Assembly: GCA_964537315.1 (NCBI GenBank)
Contig: CAZIAP010000001.1
Location: forward strand, 314,888 to 378,887
Length of the DNA: 64,000 bases
Source: an uncultured Gammaproteobacteria bacterium
GTDB lineage: Bacteria; Patescibacteriota; Microgenomatia; Levybacterales; GWA1-39-11
Direction: 5' to 3'
Notes under the pieces: generated by a model
What the model saw: only the letters and a program-made list of their open reading frames with translations
What the model was told of the DNA's origin: nothing
Database searches by the model: none
Program-made: the position numbers and the translations under genes
Shown here: one piece after another, positions 32,067 to 41,294 of the stretch
Numbering within the stretch: the first letter of the stretch is position 1
How the letters are laid out: each line of letters begins with the position of its first letter

Positions 32067-33130
32067 GATATCAATAGTTGGTTAATCCTTTTGCAAAATT
32101 CCTCTATACTAAATCTATCTGAGGACTTTATAGCCGAGGCAGAATAATCTTTCAGTTTCATTTCATTTTTTATCAGAAGATTTGTGTAACTCATCAGTTC
32201 TTCTTGAGTATTCCATAATAATCCATTTTTTTCATGTTCGACTATCTCAACCTGACCTCCTGCATTAATTACTACTGGCACTGCGCCTGCCCCCATTGCC
32301 TCAACAGTTGAGATACCGAAGTGCTCTGCTCGCTCAGGATGTTTCTCAAGATCCTCTCCAAACCCTGATGCATGCCAGTATATTTTTGCCTTATTGTACT
32401 CTTTCCACAAATCTTTATTTATTGCATTTATGATAAATGAGATCGGATAACCTGCTGCCGTTGCTTGCATTTTTTGAAAATCAGCTAGGTCATGAGTACG
32501 AACACTTGCTGCAATAACAAGTTTCCAGTCTTTTAATCCTGCATCCACAAGCTTTTTGAAAGTATCGATCATGAAGTACTGCTTTTTGTAATCTGATCCC
32601 TCAACACCTGATTTCATAAATCTTCCCACATGAAGAATCACATTTTCTTTTTGAGCACTTTCTTTTTGTATATTGACCGGAGGATATAATATCTGGCTGT
32701 TTATACTCAGCTTCTTGTCTATTAACTCTTTTGTAAATTGAGAATTACAGATAACACCTGATACTTTTCGTAATTTAATTTTTGTTTTTAGATCTACCCG
32801 TACCCATTCAACCGGAAATTGCATATGAAGATATAGTTTTTTAGAAAACACAACAGGTATGCTTCCATCACTTAAATAAAAAATTACATCATATTTTCGA
32901 CTTGCAGATATTCGTTGGGTAAATGAGACACCTGGGCCAAAAATGTTTTTTTCACAACGAACCTTGGATAAATCTAATCCAAAGCGTTCTTCATTTTTTT
33001 CAATATCCTTCTCATCATCCCACAACATTATTACCTCGTGGTTTTTTGACAGACACTCGGCAGCCGTTAGCATGTACTTTTCTCCCCCACCTAATGTATC
33101 TAAGTAAGGGTCATATATAGCTATTTTCAT
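32063..33130 (-). CDS. glycosyltransferase family 4
   Basis: MKIAIYDPYLDTLGGGEKYMLTAAECL...ISTVEAMGAGAVPVVINAGGQVEIVEHEKNGLLW. Confidence 0.85.
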   Translation of the reverse strand: MKIAIYDPYLDTLGGGEKYMLTAAECLSKNHEVIMLWDDEKDIEKNEERFGLDLSKVRCEKNIFGPGVSFTQRISASRKYDVIFYLSDGSIPVVFSKKLYLHMQFPVEWVRVDLKTKIKLRKVSGVICNSQFTKELIDKKLSINSQILYPPVNIQKESAQKENVILHVGRFMKSGVEGSDYKKQYFMIDTFKKLVDAGLKDWKLVIAASVRTHDLADFQKMQATAAGYPISFIINAINKDLWKEYNKAKIYWHASGFGEDLEKHPERAEHFGISTVEAMGAGAVPVVINAGGQVEIVEHEKNGLLWNTQEELMSYTNLLIKNEMKLKDYSASAIKSSDRFSIEEFCKRINQLLIS

Positions 33131-33132
33131 AT

Positions 33133-33225
33133 TTCAGTATGCAGTATTCTGTATTCGGTATTCAGATATTATTTCACATACTGTATACTCGATTCTCGAT
33201 ACTTTATACTGTCTTGATTCTATCA
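33133..33225. repeat. tandem period-7 repeats (plus CAGTATT-like, minus GAATACN) immediately 5' of the start codon of the GT4 gene at 33130
   Basis: ttcagtatgcagtattctgtattcggtattcagatatt... followed by actgtatactcgattctcgatactttatactgtc. The same heptad family recurs at 24542..24576, 27954..27985 and 47033..47083. Confidence 0.6.
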
Positions 33226-33229
33226 GAGC

Positions 33230-33511
33230 TTGCATATGAAAAAAAGCTGTGGGATAATGAGAGTAATGAGCCCACTTGTAAATTCGCCTATTTTTCTTGC
33301 GCTAGTGATTTGGACTACTCTATGGAGAGCTCTTGCTTCGTGGAGAGCTGCCAGAAGCGGTCAAAGAAATTGGTTCATCGCGTTCTTTATTCCGATTAAT
33401 ACAGCAGGTATTCTTGAAATAATTTATCTGGTAAAGTTTGCTAAAAACCCACTTACCCTCGATGAAATTCGCAGCTGGGTACAAAGCAAACCCACCTCGA
33501 AGAAAAAGTAA
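33230..33511 (+). CDS. small two-TM membrane protein, DUF5652-like
   Basis: LWRALASWRAARSGQRNWFIAFFIPINTAGILEIIYLV matches, from memory, the ALWKAAR...WFI...NT.GILEI.YL signature of this small-protein family. Confidence 0.45.
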   Translation: MHMKKSCGIMRVMSPLVNSPIFLALVIWTTLWRALASWRAARSGQRNWFIAFFIPINTAGILEIIYLVKFAKNPLTLDEIRSWVQSKPTSKKK

Positions 33512-33648
33512 GTTAGTTATTGGTTAATAGTTCGTGGTTCACAGTTCATGGTTATTGGTTCACAGTAAAGCTTCAATAAATTGTTCGCGGTTATTGGTTC
33601 ATGGTTCGTGGTACATGGTTAATTCAAAGAAAGCTTCAAAGCATTAAT
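33512..33648. repeat. degenerate tandem/inverted short repeats (GTTATTGGTTCA, GGTTCACAG, AAAGCTTCAA) between convergent gene ends
   Basis: gttattggtt occurs 3 times, gttcgtggt 2 times and ggttcacag 2 times. Related motifs recur in inverse orientation at 34789..34861. Confidence 0.55.
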
Positions 33649-33981
33649 CATTTTCGTAAGTGACAAACATTTCATATATATACGCTTATATTTCTCTTCT
33701 GATAAATACTTTTGATTATTAGCTATAGTAAGTATTGCCACACATTCAAAGCAAGATCCTTTTGCTATATCCAGGAAATGCCGAAAATCTTTCTTTGTTC
33801 TACTAGTTCCCTCTGCTATATTAAGTGTGATAGATACTGCAGCTCTCTGAAGTTGATTTGTTAACCCAAACTGTTCTTCTTTTGGAAATTTTTTTGTAAT
33901 CTGATATATTTCATTACAAATTTTTAATGCATCTTGATACACTCTTAGGTCTTCAAATTTAAATTTTTCTTTTGAGTCCAT
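33619..33981 (-). CDS. four-helix-bundle protein (TIGR02436, the family also found in 23S rRNA intervening sequences)
   Basis: FEDLRVYQDALKICNEIYQITKKFPKEEQFGLTNQLQRAAVSITLNIAEGTSRTKKDFRHFLDIAKGSCFECVAILTIA reproduces the conserved QLRRAAvSi.NIAEG...FL.iA.GS..E pattern. Confidence 0.8.
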   Translation of the reverse strand: MDSKEKFKFEDLRVYQDALKICNEIYQITKKFPKEEQFGLTNQLQRAAVSITLNIAEGTSRTKKDFRHFLDIAKGSCFECVAILTIANNQKYLSEEKYKRIYMKCLSLTKMINALKLSLN

Positions 33982-34022
33982 ACTATGAACAATGAACTAT
34001 TAACTATTAACAACAAAAAGAA

Positions 34023-34772
34023 CTAGTTCTTTTTGTTTTGTAATTCCCAAAGCTTCGCGTAGGTAATAAACATTGAGTAGGTTTGGTAAATTGCTTCTAT
34101 AAATCCTTCCGTTCCATTTCTATACCCGTGGTCTTTTATATACGAGCTGAAAAAACCTGTAATCATTACTCTGATAAAACGAAGCGGCGTCATCGGTGGA
34201 TGTTTTGCGTCATACCTCAACTGCGCTTCATAATCTGACCACTCTATAGTTTTGTATAGCATCTGTGACAGATTCTGATGGGTAAAGTGATGTACCGGAC
34301 TTTCGATATGTCCGTACATACCATTAATTTCAGGAGTCTCGTGAACTGTTCCGTACCACTTAATAAATCGCTTTCTAACAAACAATCGCTGCACCTGATC
34401 CGTCATTCCCCAGTCTTTACCGTAATAATATGTTTTTCTTTTTATGTAGTATCCGCCGATATCAGAACTTGGATCATATTCAGATATTATCTTTTTTACT
34501 TCTGCGCAAAATCGCTTAGTTGCGAACTCATCTGAATCCAAATACAGTACCCAATCTCCTTTTGCTTGTCTAAAAGCAAAGTCTCTTTGATCTGCAAAAT
34601 TTTTCAAGCCGCGTCTGATAACTTTTGCTCCTGCAATTTTTGCTACTTCAACTGTCCTGTCAGTAGACTCTGAATCAACAACAATAACCTCGTCTGCAAT
34701 AGGTTTTATATTTCCGATACAATCGGCTAAAGTAAATTCTGAGTTTTTGGTTAAGATGATTACAGATAACAT
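34023..34772 (-). CDS. glycosyltransferase family 2 (paralog of 17134..17961)
   Basis: LSVIILTKNSEFTLADCIGNIKPIADEVIVVDSESTDRTVEVAKIAGAKV. Confidence 0.8.
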   Translation of the reverse strand: MLSVIILTKNSEFTLADCIGNIKPIADEVIVVDSESTDRTVEVAKIAGAKVIRRGLKNFADQRDFAFRQAKGDWVLYLDSDEFATKRFCAEVKKIISEYDPSSDIGGYYIKRKTYYYGKDWGMTDQVQRLFVRKRFIKWYGTVHETPEINGMYGHIESPVHHFTHQNLSQMLYKTIEWSDYEAQLRYDAKHPPMTPLRFIRVMITGFFSSYIKDHGYRNGTEGFIEAIYQTYSMFITYAKLWELQNKKN

Positions 34773-34788
34773 AATTTTCGTTCACAGT

Positions 34789-34861
34789 TCACCGTTCTCT
34801 GTTCACAGACTTCTTTTTTTGCTTTTACTGCGAACCGTGAACCAATAACAGTGAACCAACC
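34789..34861. repeat. GTTCACAG and GTGAACCAATAAC repeats, inverted copies of motifs at 33512..33648
   Basis: cgttcacagttcaccgttctctgttcacag and cgaaccgtgaaccaataacagtgaaccaacc. The latter is the reverse complement of ggttggttcactgttattggttcacggttcg. Confidence 0.5.
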
Positions 34862-35781
34862 TAATCCGATACAGGATAGCTTCCTCTTCCAAATTTTCTG
34901 AGATAGAAATCTTTGACCCCAAGCTTTTGCCATTTACGTCCGTTTCGTAAAATTCTCAAACTTTCCCGTATAAGTGCAACTTTTGTTCTAACACTTGCAT
35001 ACCGCATACCAAATAGCATCCTATTACGAGAGATATAATAATCTTGTAGATCAGATCCTGATCCGCCGGTTGACCCAGCGTTATCGTGCCATAAAATCGC
35101 AGATGGAACAAAATAAATGTTCCCGTAGTCTTTAAGTTTCATACATAGATCATTGTCCTCATAATACAGAAAATAGTTCTCATCAAAGTTGCCGGATTTA
35201 CCCAGTATGTCGGTACGAATTAATAAGCATGCTCCGGTTCCAAACTCTGTTTTTTCAGTTTTGTCGTACTGACCCTTATCAACTTCGTCGACTCCTCTAT
35301 GATGACCGACAATATTTTTCCAATCCATTTTACCACCAGCGTACCAGATTACTTTTCCCTGCTCAGACTTTTTATATCTATCGCTATGGAACTCTTGCCC
35401 GGCAGTAAAATATATTTTTGGTGCGACAGCAACAGCATCTTCCAGTTTTTTAATTTCATTTACAAGATTAGTAACTAAGTTTTTATCAGCCGTCGTATCA
35501 TTGTTTAGTATCAGTACATAATCAGCATTTTGTTCTTTCGCAAAAACTATCCCACGATTATGACCACCTGAAAATCCGAGGTTCTTAGATGAATGATCAA
35601 TCGACAGATTAAGCTTTTCATATTTTTTAGTTGATACCTCAAAAGGTATTTTTGAATGATTATCAACTACTCTTACAATTAAATTAACCCCTTCTTGTTT
35701 CATCTCAAGCAGTGAATCCAGACAGCGAACTGTCTTTTCAGATGAGTTATAGTTAATAATTGAAATAGCTACTTTCTTCAT
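34861..35781 (-). CDS. glycosyltransferase family 2 (rhamnosyltransferase-like)
   Basis: MKKVAISIINYNSSEKTVRCLDSLL...VVDNHSKI. Confidence 0.8.
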   Translation of the reverse strand: MKKVAISIINYNSSEKTVRCLDSLLEMKQEGVNLIVRVVDNHSKIPFEVSTKKYEKLNLSIDHSSKNLGFSGGHNRGIVFAKEQNADYVLILNNDTTADKNLVTNLVNEIKKLEDAVAVAPKIYFTAGQEFHSDRYKKSEQGKVIWYAGGKMDWKNIVGHHRGVDEVDKGQYDKTEKTEFGTGACLLIRTDILGKSGNFDENYFLYYEDNDLCMKLKDYGNIYFVPSAILWHDNAGSTGGSGSDLQDYYISRNRMLFGMRYASVRTKVALIRESLRILRNGRKWQKLGVKDFYLRKFGRGSYPVSD

Positions 35782-37238
35782 GATCGTTCTCGTATTGACT
35801 GGTATACAAAACGTACTGTTTTAAGCAAATCATCTTTTGCCAACGCAAATACAAACAAAACATACACAACTCCTGATAATAAACCAATTAAAATAACCAT
35901 AGTAAGTGATGTCATGAAAGGAGAAGAAATCAAAATGAATGCACCCATCAAAATTGCTGCAATAAGCTGTTTATATACTTGTCGAATGAAAGAAAACTCA
36001 ATATATTTCTTTACAAAATATACTACTCCCAATCCGCTTGCTGCGACAAGAAATGACGCTGCTGCCACACCATTATACCCAAACGGATTAATTAACAAGA
36101 GTGTCAACATCCACGTGAGCGCAGTCATGTAAATCATTACGTATAAAGTAGTTTTTATTTTTCCTATAGCGTTCAAGAAATTAGTTAACGGCACACTTAC
36201 ACTAGCAACTAACGCGTTAAGACTGTAGAGAGTAAGAGCAAGAATCGCAGGCTCCCATTTTTGGTAACGCGGAATATACTCAACCAGTGGAGGCGCAAGC
36301 GTAATGATTCCGGCTACAACCGGAAAAATAAATAATGAAATTAGAAACAATGTTTTCTCTACTCCTCGCGCAAGTGCTTTCTTATCGTGTTGTAATCTGC
36401 TAAATGAAGGGAAAGTTACTTTTATAACATTATCCATCACAAGTCTCAGTGGTAAGAACGCCCATTTCTGTGCAAAACCTATGTATCCTACCGCGGTCAA
36501 AGGTAAAATCTTTGCAATAAACACAGCCAAAAGATCATCTTTAAGCAGCGCAAGAATACTATTCATCTGAAAAGGAACTCCAAACCGCATTAAAGATTTA
36601 ACTACCGGAAGCGAAAATGCAAAACCTACTTTCCAAGGATGTACATAGTAGGTTGCGATCAATCCAACGATTCCCCTAAGTAGGACAGCGACGGTAAAGC
36701 TATTTACTCCCCATCCTGATACTACCAGTACAATAAGCGCAACATTGTACACTACGTTTTCAATAATCTGAGGAATAACCAAACGCTCAAATTTTAGATG
36801 CCGTTCAAGCATCACAGTTGGAATTGTTTTTAAAGACGAAAGCAAAAAAGATATAAAAAATGCGTAAAGTAAATAAAGCCCAGGTGCATCAAGATTATAG
36901 AAATCGGCTATACGAGGAGCAAAAATCATTGCCGGAACAATTAGACACAAAACAAGTATTTGTTGTGTCGTAAATACATTGCGGTACTCCTCAAGGGTAG
37001 GTTCTTGTTTTTTCTGTATCAAAGAAGCTGCAAGACCAATATCAGAAAAATAATTAAAAAATACTATGATTGATGAAACAAGGAAAAAAATTCCAAAACT
37101 TTCTGGATCAAGGTAAACAGTTAGGATAAAACTGGCAATTATTCCCAGAACCTGCACTAAAAACGTACGTGAGATAAGTGCAGAGACTCCTTTGATTGAC
37201 CGCTTTGCGATCATTTGAATGTCAAGCTGTTCATCCAT
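35778..37238 (-). CDS. Wzx-type polysaccharide flippase (MOP/oligosaccharidyl-lipid flippase family)
   Basis: 486 aa, about 14 TM helices. Typical size and hydropathy profile. Sits between GT2 genes. Confidence 0.65.
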   Translation of the reverse strand: MDEQLDIQMIAKRSIKGVSALISRTFLVQVLGIIASFILTVYLDPESFGIFFLVSSIIVFFNYFSDIGLAASLIQKKQEPTLEEYRNVFTTQQILVLCLIVPAMIFAPRIADFYNLDAPGLYLLYAFFISFLLSSLKTIPTVMLERHLKFERLVIPQIIENVVYNVALIVLVVSGWGVNSFTVAVLLRGIVGLIATYYVHPWKVGFAFSLPVVKSLMRFGVPFQMNSILALLKDDLLAVFIAKILPLTAVGYIGFAQKWAFLPLRLVMDNVIKVTFPSFSRLQHDKKALARGVEKTLFLISLFIFPVVAGIITLAPPLVEYIPRYQKWEPAILALTLYSLNALVASVSVPLTNFLNAIGKIKTTLYVMIYMTALTWMLTLLLINPFGYNGVAAASFLVAASGLGVVYFVKKYIEFSFIRQVYKQLIAAILMGAFILISSPFMTSLTMVILIGLLSGVVYVLFVFALAKDDLLKTVRFVYQSIRERS

Positions 37239-37239
37239 A

Positions 37240-37956
37240 CTAAAATCTATTATTTCGAATATCCCACCACAAAATCAAACTCTCAAATATAGCTCTCACA
37301 ACTACCTGAACATTTGCTCCACTTTGTTTGCCAAATTTTCTTGGATAATGACTCACACCTACCTGTGCGATTTTTAAATTTTTTGCTTTTGCTTTGGCTA
37401 GAATCTCAGTTGTAATCATCGCTCCTTCTGAACGCAGCGGACTAATCTGTTCTATTGAGCTTTTCTTAAACATTTTGAACCCACAATCAATATCTTTATA
37501 ATAAAATCTGAAAAATAGATAATCCCAAACTTTTAGTAAATTCATCAGCACATGTCTCCCGAAATCGTCCTTACGTTGCTGACGAAACCCGATCACAACA
37601 TCATACTCACGTATATTTTCAATAAAAACAGGGAGTTCCTTCAGGTCAAACTGTCCGTCGCCATCTGTAAACACAATATACTTGTACTTTGAATTTTCGA
37701 ATCCTTCTTTCAATGCTGCGCCATACCCTCTATTTGGAGTATGTGAAATAACTCTTACATTGCGGTACTTCCTGGCAAGCTGCTTGGCTTTTTCCAGTGT
37801 TTTATCAGTCGAGCCATCGTCTATTAGCAAAATCTCCGATTTTTTTGCATGCTGTTTCACCACAGGCAAAGCGTTACTCACAACTTTTTCTATGTTTTTT
37901 TCTTCATTCCAGAACGGAAAAAATACCGATAGCTCAGGAAGCATGTTGTCTGTCAT
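37240..37956 (-). CDS. GT2 polyprenol-phosphate glycosyltransferase-like (Dpm1/ArnC-like)
   Basis: LSVFFPFWNEEKNIEKVV...ILLIDDGSTDKTLEKAKQLARKYRNVRVISHTPNRGYGAALKEGF. Confidence 0.7.
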   Translation of the reverse strand: MTDNMLPELSVFFPFWNEEKNIEKVVSNALPVVKQHAKKSEILLIDDGSTDKTLEKAKQLARKYRNVRVISHTPNRGYGAALKEGFENSKYKYIVFTDGDGQFDLKELPVFIENIREYDVVIGFRQQRKDDFGRHVLMNLLKVWDYLFFRFYYKDIDCGFKMFKKSSIEQISPLRSEGAMITTEILAKAKAKNLKIAQVGVSHYPRKFGKQSGANVQVVVRAIFESLILWWDIRNNRF

Positions 37957-39637
37957 ATGTTTGCTTTCGTATTATACCAGCAAATAACAAAATCAACCCT
38001 AATAATGAGATATAATTGCCTGCTCGTTGTACAGGCGTTTGTATAAATTCTGCACGAATTACATACGTGCCTTCCGGAACGCGTGCGGTAAAACCTTGCG
38101 ACGTGCGCGTAACGGATACTTCCTCATTGTTAATAAATACATGCCAGGCAGGATAATACGCTATATTAAAATGCAGTCGAGCAGCACTGCTTGCAACTAT
38201 CTCAGCTTCATATAGTCCTGTCTTACTTTGCCACTCGTTGACAGTGACATATTCGGGTACGCTTATTTTTTCTTCGGGAATCTCAGTTTTTGATTCTGGA
38301 ACATTAAAATCCGGCGGTAAATATTCATCTGATCTTTTCGTTACATCAAACGAAATATACTCTCTGTTAGTATAAAAATTATCATCCCTATCAAAAATTT
38401 CCTGTGGAGCAAAATATCGATGATTTATAAGTATAGTTACGACAATGATAGTCACCGTAACTACCAATACAGCTTTCTTCGACGATATTTTTGTAGTCAC
38501 CCAAACTAAAAATCCTCCAAGAACTGCAATATATAATCCTACAAAGTTTAAAAATCTCCATGGGAACTGTAGATACTCCATGCCAGGGATAACATCCCAA
38601 ATAGGTCTAGAGATTGGTGTAACTAGCAACAGACTTAATGCCAGAAGTCCTATTGACGATACAACAAAAAATCTGTATGCAATCTTGCGCTTAATTGTCG
38701 CAAAAATTATCACAATTGCTGATAGTATCAGGATAAATATATTGCTCTTTCCCAGCATAAAACTCATTCCGTCTGTGCAACCAGGAACGGACCCTCCAAA
38801 TCCCCAATTGCTTTGCCATAACTGGGCCACACACACAAAATGATCACGGAAATCTGAACCTCCTCCAATCTGAGAGTTCACATCGGTAAACCGCATTTCG
38901 AGTAATGCAGGTAGCCAGTAAAATGCTGATAACAATACTCCGCCAACTATTCCGACTACGATAGATAGAAAATAAATTTTCTTTTTTTTACGTATCAATA
39001 GCGAAGCCAATATTAAAAGACTGGAAAGAAGTAAAGTCATATACGCACTAAGGTTATGCGAAATAATAATTAAGGCAAGAGTTAGTGCAAGAAGTACTAT
39101 GTTCCAGAAATTATCGAAAAGTTTTTTTTCTTTGGCGTAGTAAAGCGAATAAACTGAGGATAAAAAAAGTGGAATAAAAATATATGCGTATAGTTCACTT
39201 AGATTACCTCTAACATACATATTGACTGCGTGGTACGGAAAATAGGCATATAAAACTCCAGCGGTTATTCCAGCAAAAACACCAAGAAATTTTCTGACAA
39301 AATAATACATGCTTAGTCCCGCCCCAACCATCGCTATACCAAATATTAATTTTGTTGCTGTCAGAGAATTGCCTAGAATTAAAGTAAAAATACCTCCAAG
39401 ATAGTATGGAAATGGAGCATAAAAGTTAAAGATAGGGTATCCATATCCATAACCAAGATCTTCTACCCAACGCACAGGAAACAGGCCGTCTGCAAGTGAC
39501 TTTGACATCAGATAAATACGAGATACCTGTGTATCGTCGTGCATGGCAAAAAAACCTGATTGAAAAAGAGACAATACAGTTCCGAGCAAAATAGCTATTA
39601 TGACTATATACGGAAGTAAAACTTTAAGTTTTTGCAT
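37934..39637 (-). CDS. polytopic membrane protein with C-terminal extracytoplasmic domain and terminal TM anchor; GT-C-like, HD[SDGT]-motif family
   Basis: FFAMHDDTQVSRIYLMSKSLADGLFPVRWVEDLGYGYGYPIFNFYAPFPYY. Tandem paralog of the next gene. Confidence 0.5.
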   Translation of the reverse strand: MQKLKVLLPYIVIIAILLGTVLSLFQSGFFAMHDDTQVSRIYLMSKSLADGLFPVRWVEDLGYGYGYPIFNFYAPFPYYLGGIFTLILGNSLTATKLIFGIAMVGAGLSMYYFVRKFLGVFAGITAGVLYAYFPYHAVNMYVRGNLSELYAYIFIPLFLSSVYSLYYAKEKKLFDNFWNIVLLALTLALIIISHNLSAYMTLLLSSLLILASLLIRKKKKIYFLSIVVGIVGGVLLSAFYWLPALLEMRFTDVNSQIGGGSDFRDHFVCVAQLWQSNWGFGGSVPGCTDGMSFMLGKSNIFILILSAIVIIFATIKRKIAYRFFVVSSIGLLALSLLLVTPISRPIWDVIPGMEYLQFPWRFLNFVGLYIAVLGGFLVWVTTKISSKKAVLVVTVTIIVVTILINHRYFAPQEIFDRDDNFYTNREYISFDVTKRSDEYLPPDFNVPESKTEIPEEKISVPEYVTVNEWQSKTGLYEAEIVASSAARLHFNIAYYPAWHVFINNEEVSVTRTSQGFTARVPEGTYVIRAEFIQTPVQRAGNYISLLGLILLFAGIIRKQTYDRQHAS

Positions 39638-41294
39638 ATTTTTTCCTTACAACCTGAGATACGATGATCAGTACGGACGCAATTATGCTTACTAGGGTAA
39701 CTCCATTTGCAACTGCCCGCAGAGGAGTCTCTGAAAACTGAGCAGTTACTGTATGATTTCCAGAGGGAACCAATACATCCATAACTCCCTGACTATTGTC
39801 ATAGGAAAACTCAGCGACTGACCCGTCTACTGTTACCTCCCAACCGGGATAATAGATTGTGTTCATGCGTATAACTGTATCTGTTTGCGCGTTTATTAAT
39901 ACCTCAATTTTGTTTGACTGAATTTTGGCAACTTCTATACCAGCTTCTCCTGAGGCAACCTCTATCTTCTGTTCCGGACTTTTGACAGGAAGGTCTGAAA
40001 CCCATAGAGGCGTGTATTCTTGAGAAGATGTAGTTGTCGCAGCATTTGTTACATAAAAGTTGTCATCCCGATCAAGATATTCACTTGGATGTGCATACTG
40101 CAGCACCATACCGACTGACAAGAAAGCAAGAATAAGAGTAAAGTTTCTCATACGATAATTCTGAGAAGCTGCAAAACCAATGACTAGTGAGATCAGAAAT
40201 CCAACTGGGGCAATCAATGTCCAGGGATAGTTTATTTCGGATAGCAATGGAACATGCTCCCAAACAAATGACGAAAACTCAAACATCAATAACAGTGAAA
40301 TCACAGCCATGCCAATAGATGTTAAAGCGATGTATGTCTTTATGTTTCTTTTTTTAGCGTGCATAAACGCATACACCAAGAAATATATACTTAACAGAAA
40401 TCCTATAACGTGTGCCACTCCAATATGATAGGTAAATGAGTCTTGAGAGTCTGTTGGAACCCCGAAACCCCAGGAAGGAAGTAATAGCTGGTTAAGTGAA
40501 ACGAAATAAAGTCCTCGATCAGCTATCGGAACCACAGATAGCAATATGAGACTTTTTTCTGCAATTGCAGGTAGCCAAAAAAACGCAGAAATTCCAACTC
40601 CTAAAATTAGGGATAACAGTACATATAATATACTTTTTTTATCAGTTTTTAACGCGATAACTGATGTAAAAACAAAGAATATCGGTACGAAAAGCAGAGA
40701 CATTATATTATGTGTAGGTATTAATAATCCGAGTAATATTCCTGACAGTGTGGAAAAAATTAATGATTTTTTCTGTACCGCACTATATCCAGTCAAAAAA
40801 AGTAATGGAATAATTGCCAGTGCCATTACTTCTCCCAGTGAGCCTCTGACATATAAATCAACCATTCTATATGGTAGAAACAAAAATAAGATTGCCGATA
40901 CAAATCCTGCTGATGTACTTTTCCAAACCCTGCTGGAAAGAAAATACATTCCAATTATAGAAACCACCGTACTGAGGACAAATAGAAGTTTTATGCTGTT
41001 CAAAAAACCAAACTTTAAAAATACTGGAACCATTCCGATGTAATAAGGCAAAGGATAGGCAAAATTGAATAACGGATATCCGTATTGATTATTTAGATAA
41101 CCACTATATCTGGCGGGAAACTGTCCATCTCTTAGAGTCCGAAACATATCAGCAAGTCTTACTACAGTCCATTCACCATCGTGTGTAGGAAAAAAACCAT
41201 CTTTGAAAAAAGGTAGTAGTACAAGAATGGACAAGATAGCCAGAGACACTACAGGAATAATATCTCGATGTTTTTTAAAAATTTCTTTGATCAT
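39624..41294 (-). CDS. paralog of 37934..39637 (polytopic membrane GT-C-like protein)
   Basis: FFPTHDGEWTVVRLADMFRTLRDGQFPARYSGYLNNQYGYPLFNFAYPLPYY aligns with the neighbouring gene product. Confidence 0.5.
   Translation of the reverse strand: MIKEIFKKHRDIIPVVSLAILSILVLLPFFKDGFFPTHDGEWTVVRLADMFRTLRDGQFPARYSGYLNNQYGYPLFNFAYPLPYYIGMVPVFLKFGFLNSIKLLFVLSTVVSIIGMYFLSSRVWKSTSAGFVSAILFLFLPYRMVDLYVRGSLGEVMALAIIPLLFLTGYSAVQKKSLIFSTLSGILLGLLIPTHNIMSLLFVPIFFVFTSVIALKTDKKSILYVLLSLILGVGISAFFWLPAIAEKSLILLSVVPIADRGLYFVSLNQLLLPSWGFGVPTDSQDSFTYHIGVAHVIGFLLSIYFLVYAFMHAKKRNIKTYIALTSIGMAVISLLLMFEFSSFVWEHVPLLSEINYPWTLIAPVGFLISLVIGFAASQNYRMRNFTLILAFLSVGMVLQYAHPSEYLDRDDNFYVTNAATTTSSQEYTPLWVSDLPVKSPEQKIEVASGEAGIEVAKIQSNKIEVLINAQTDTVIRMNTIYYPGWEVTVDGSVAEFSYDNSQGVMDVLVPSGNHTVTAQFSETPLRAVANGVTLVSIIASVLIIVSQVVRKKYAKT

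Noticed and set aside
33619-33981. Four-helix-bundle protein as evidence of a 23S rRNA gene or intervening sequence in this window
   Set aside because: No rRNA sequence flanks the gene. It sits between glycosyltransferase genes, and only the protein family is shared with rRNA intervening sequences.
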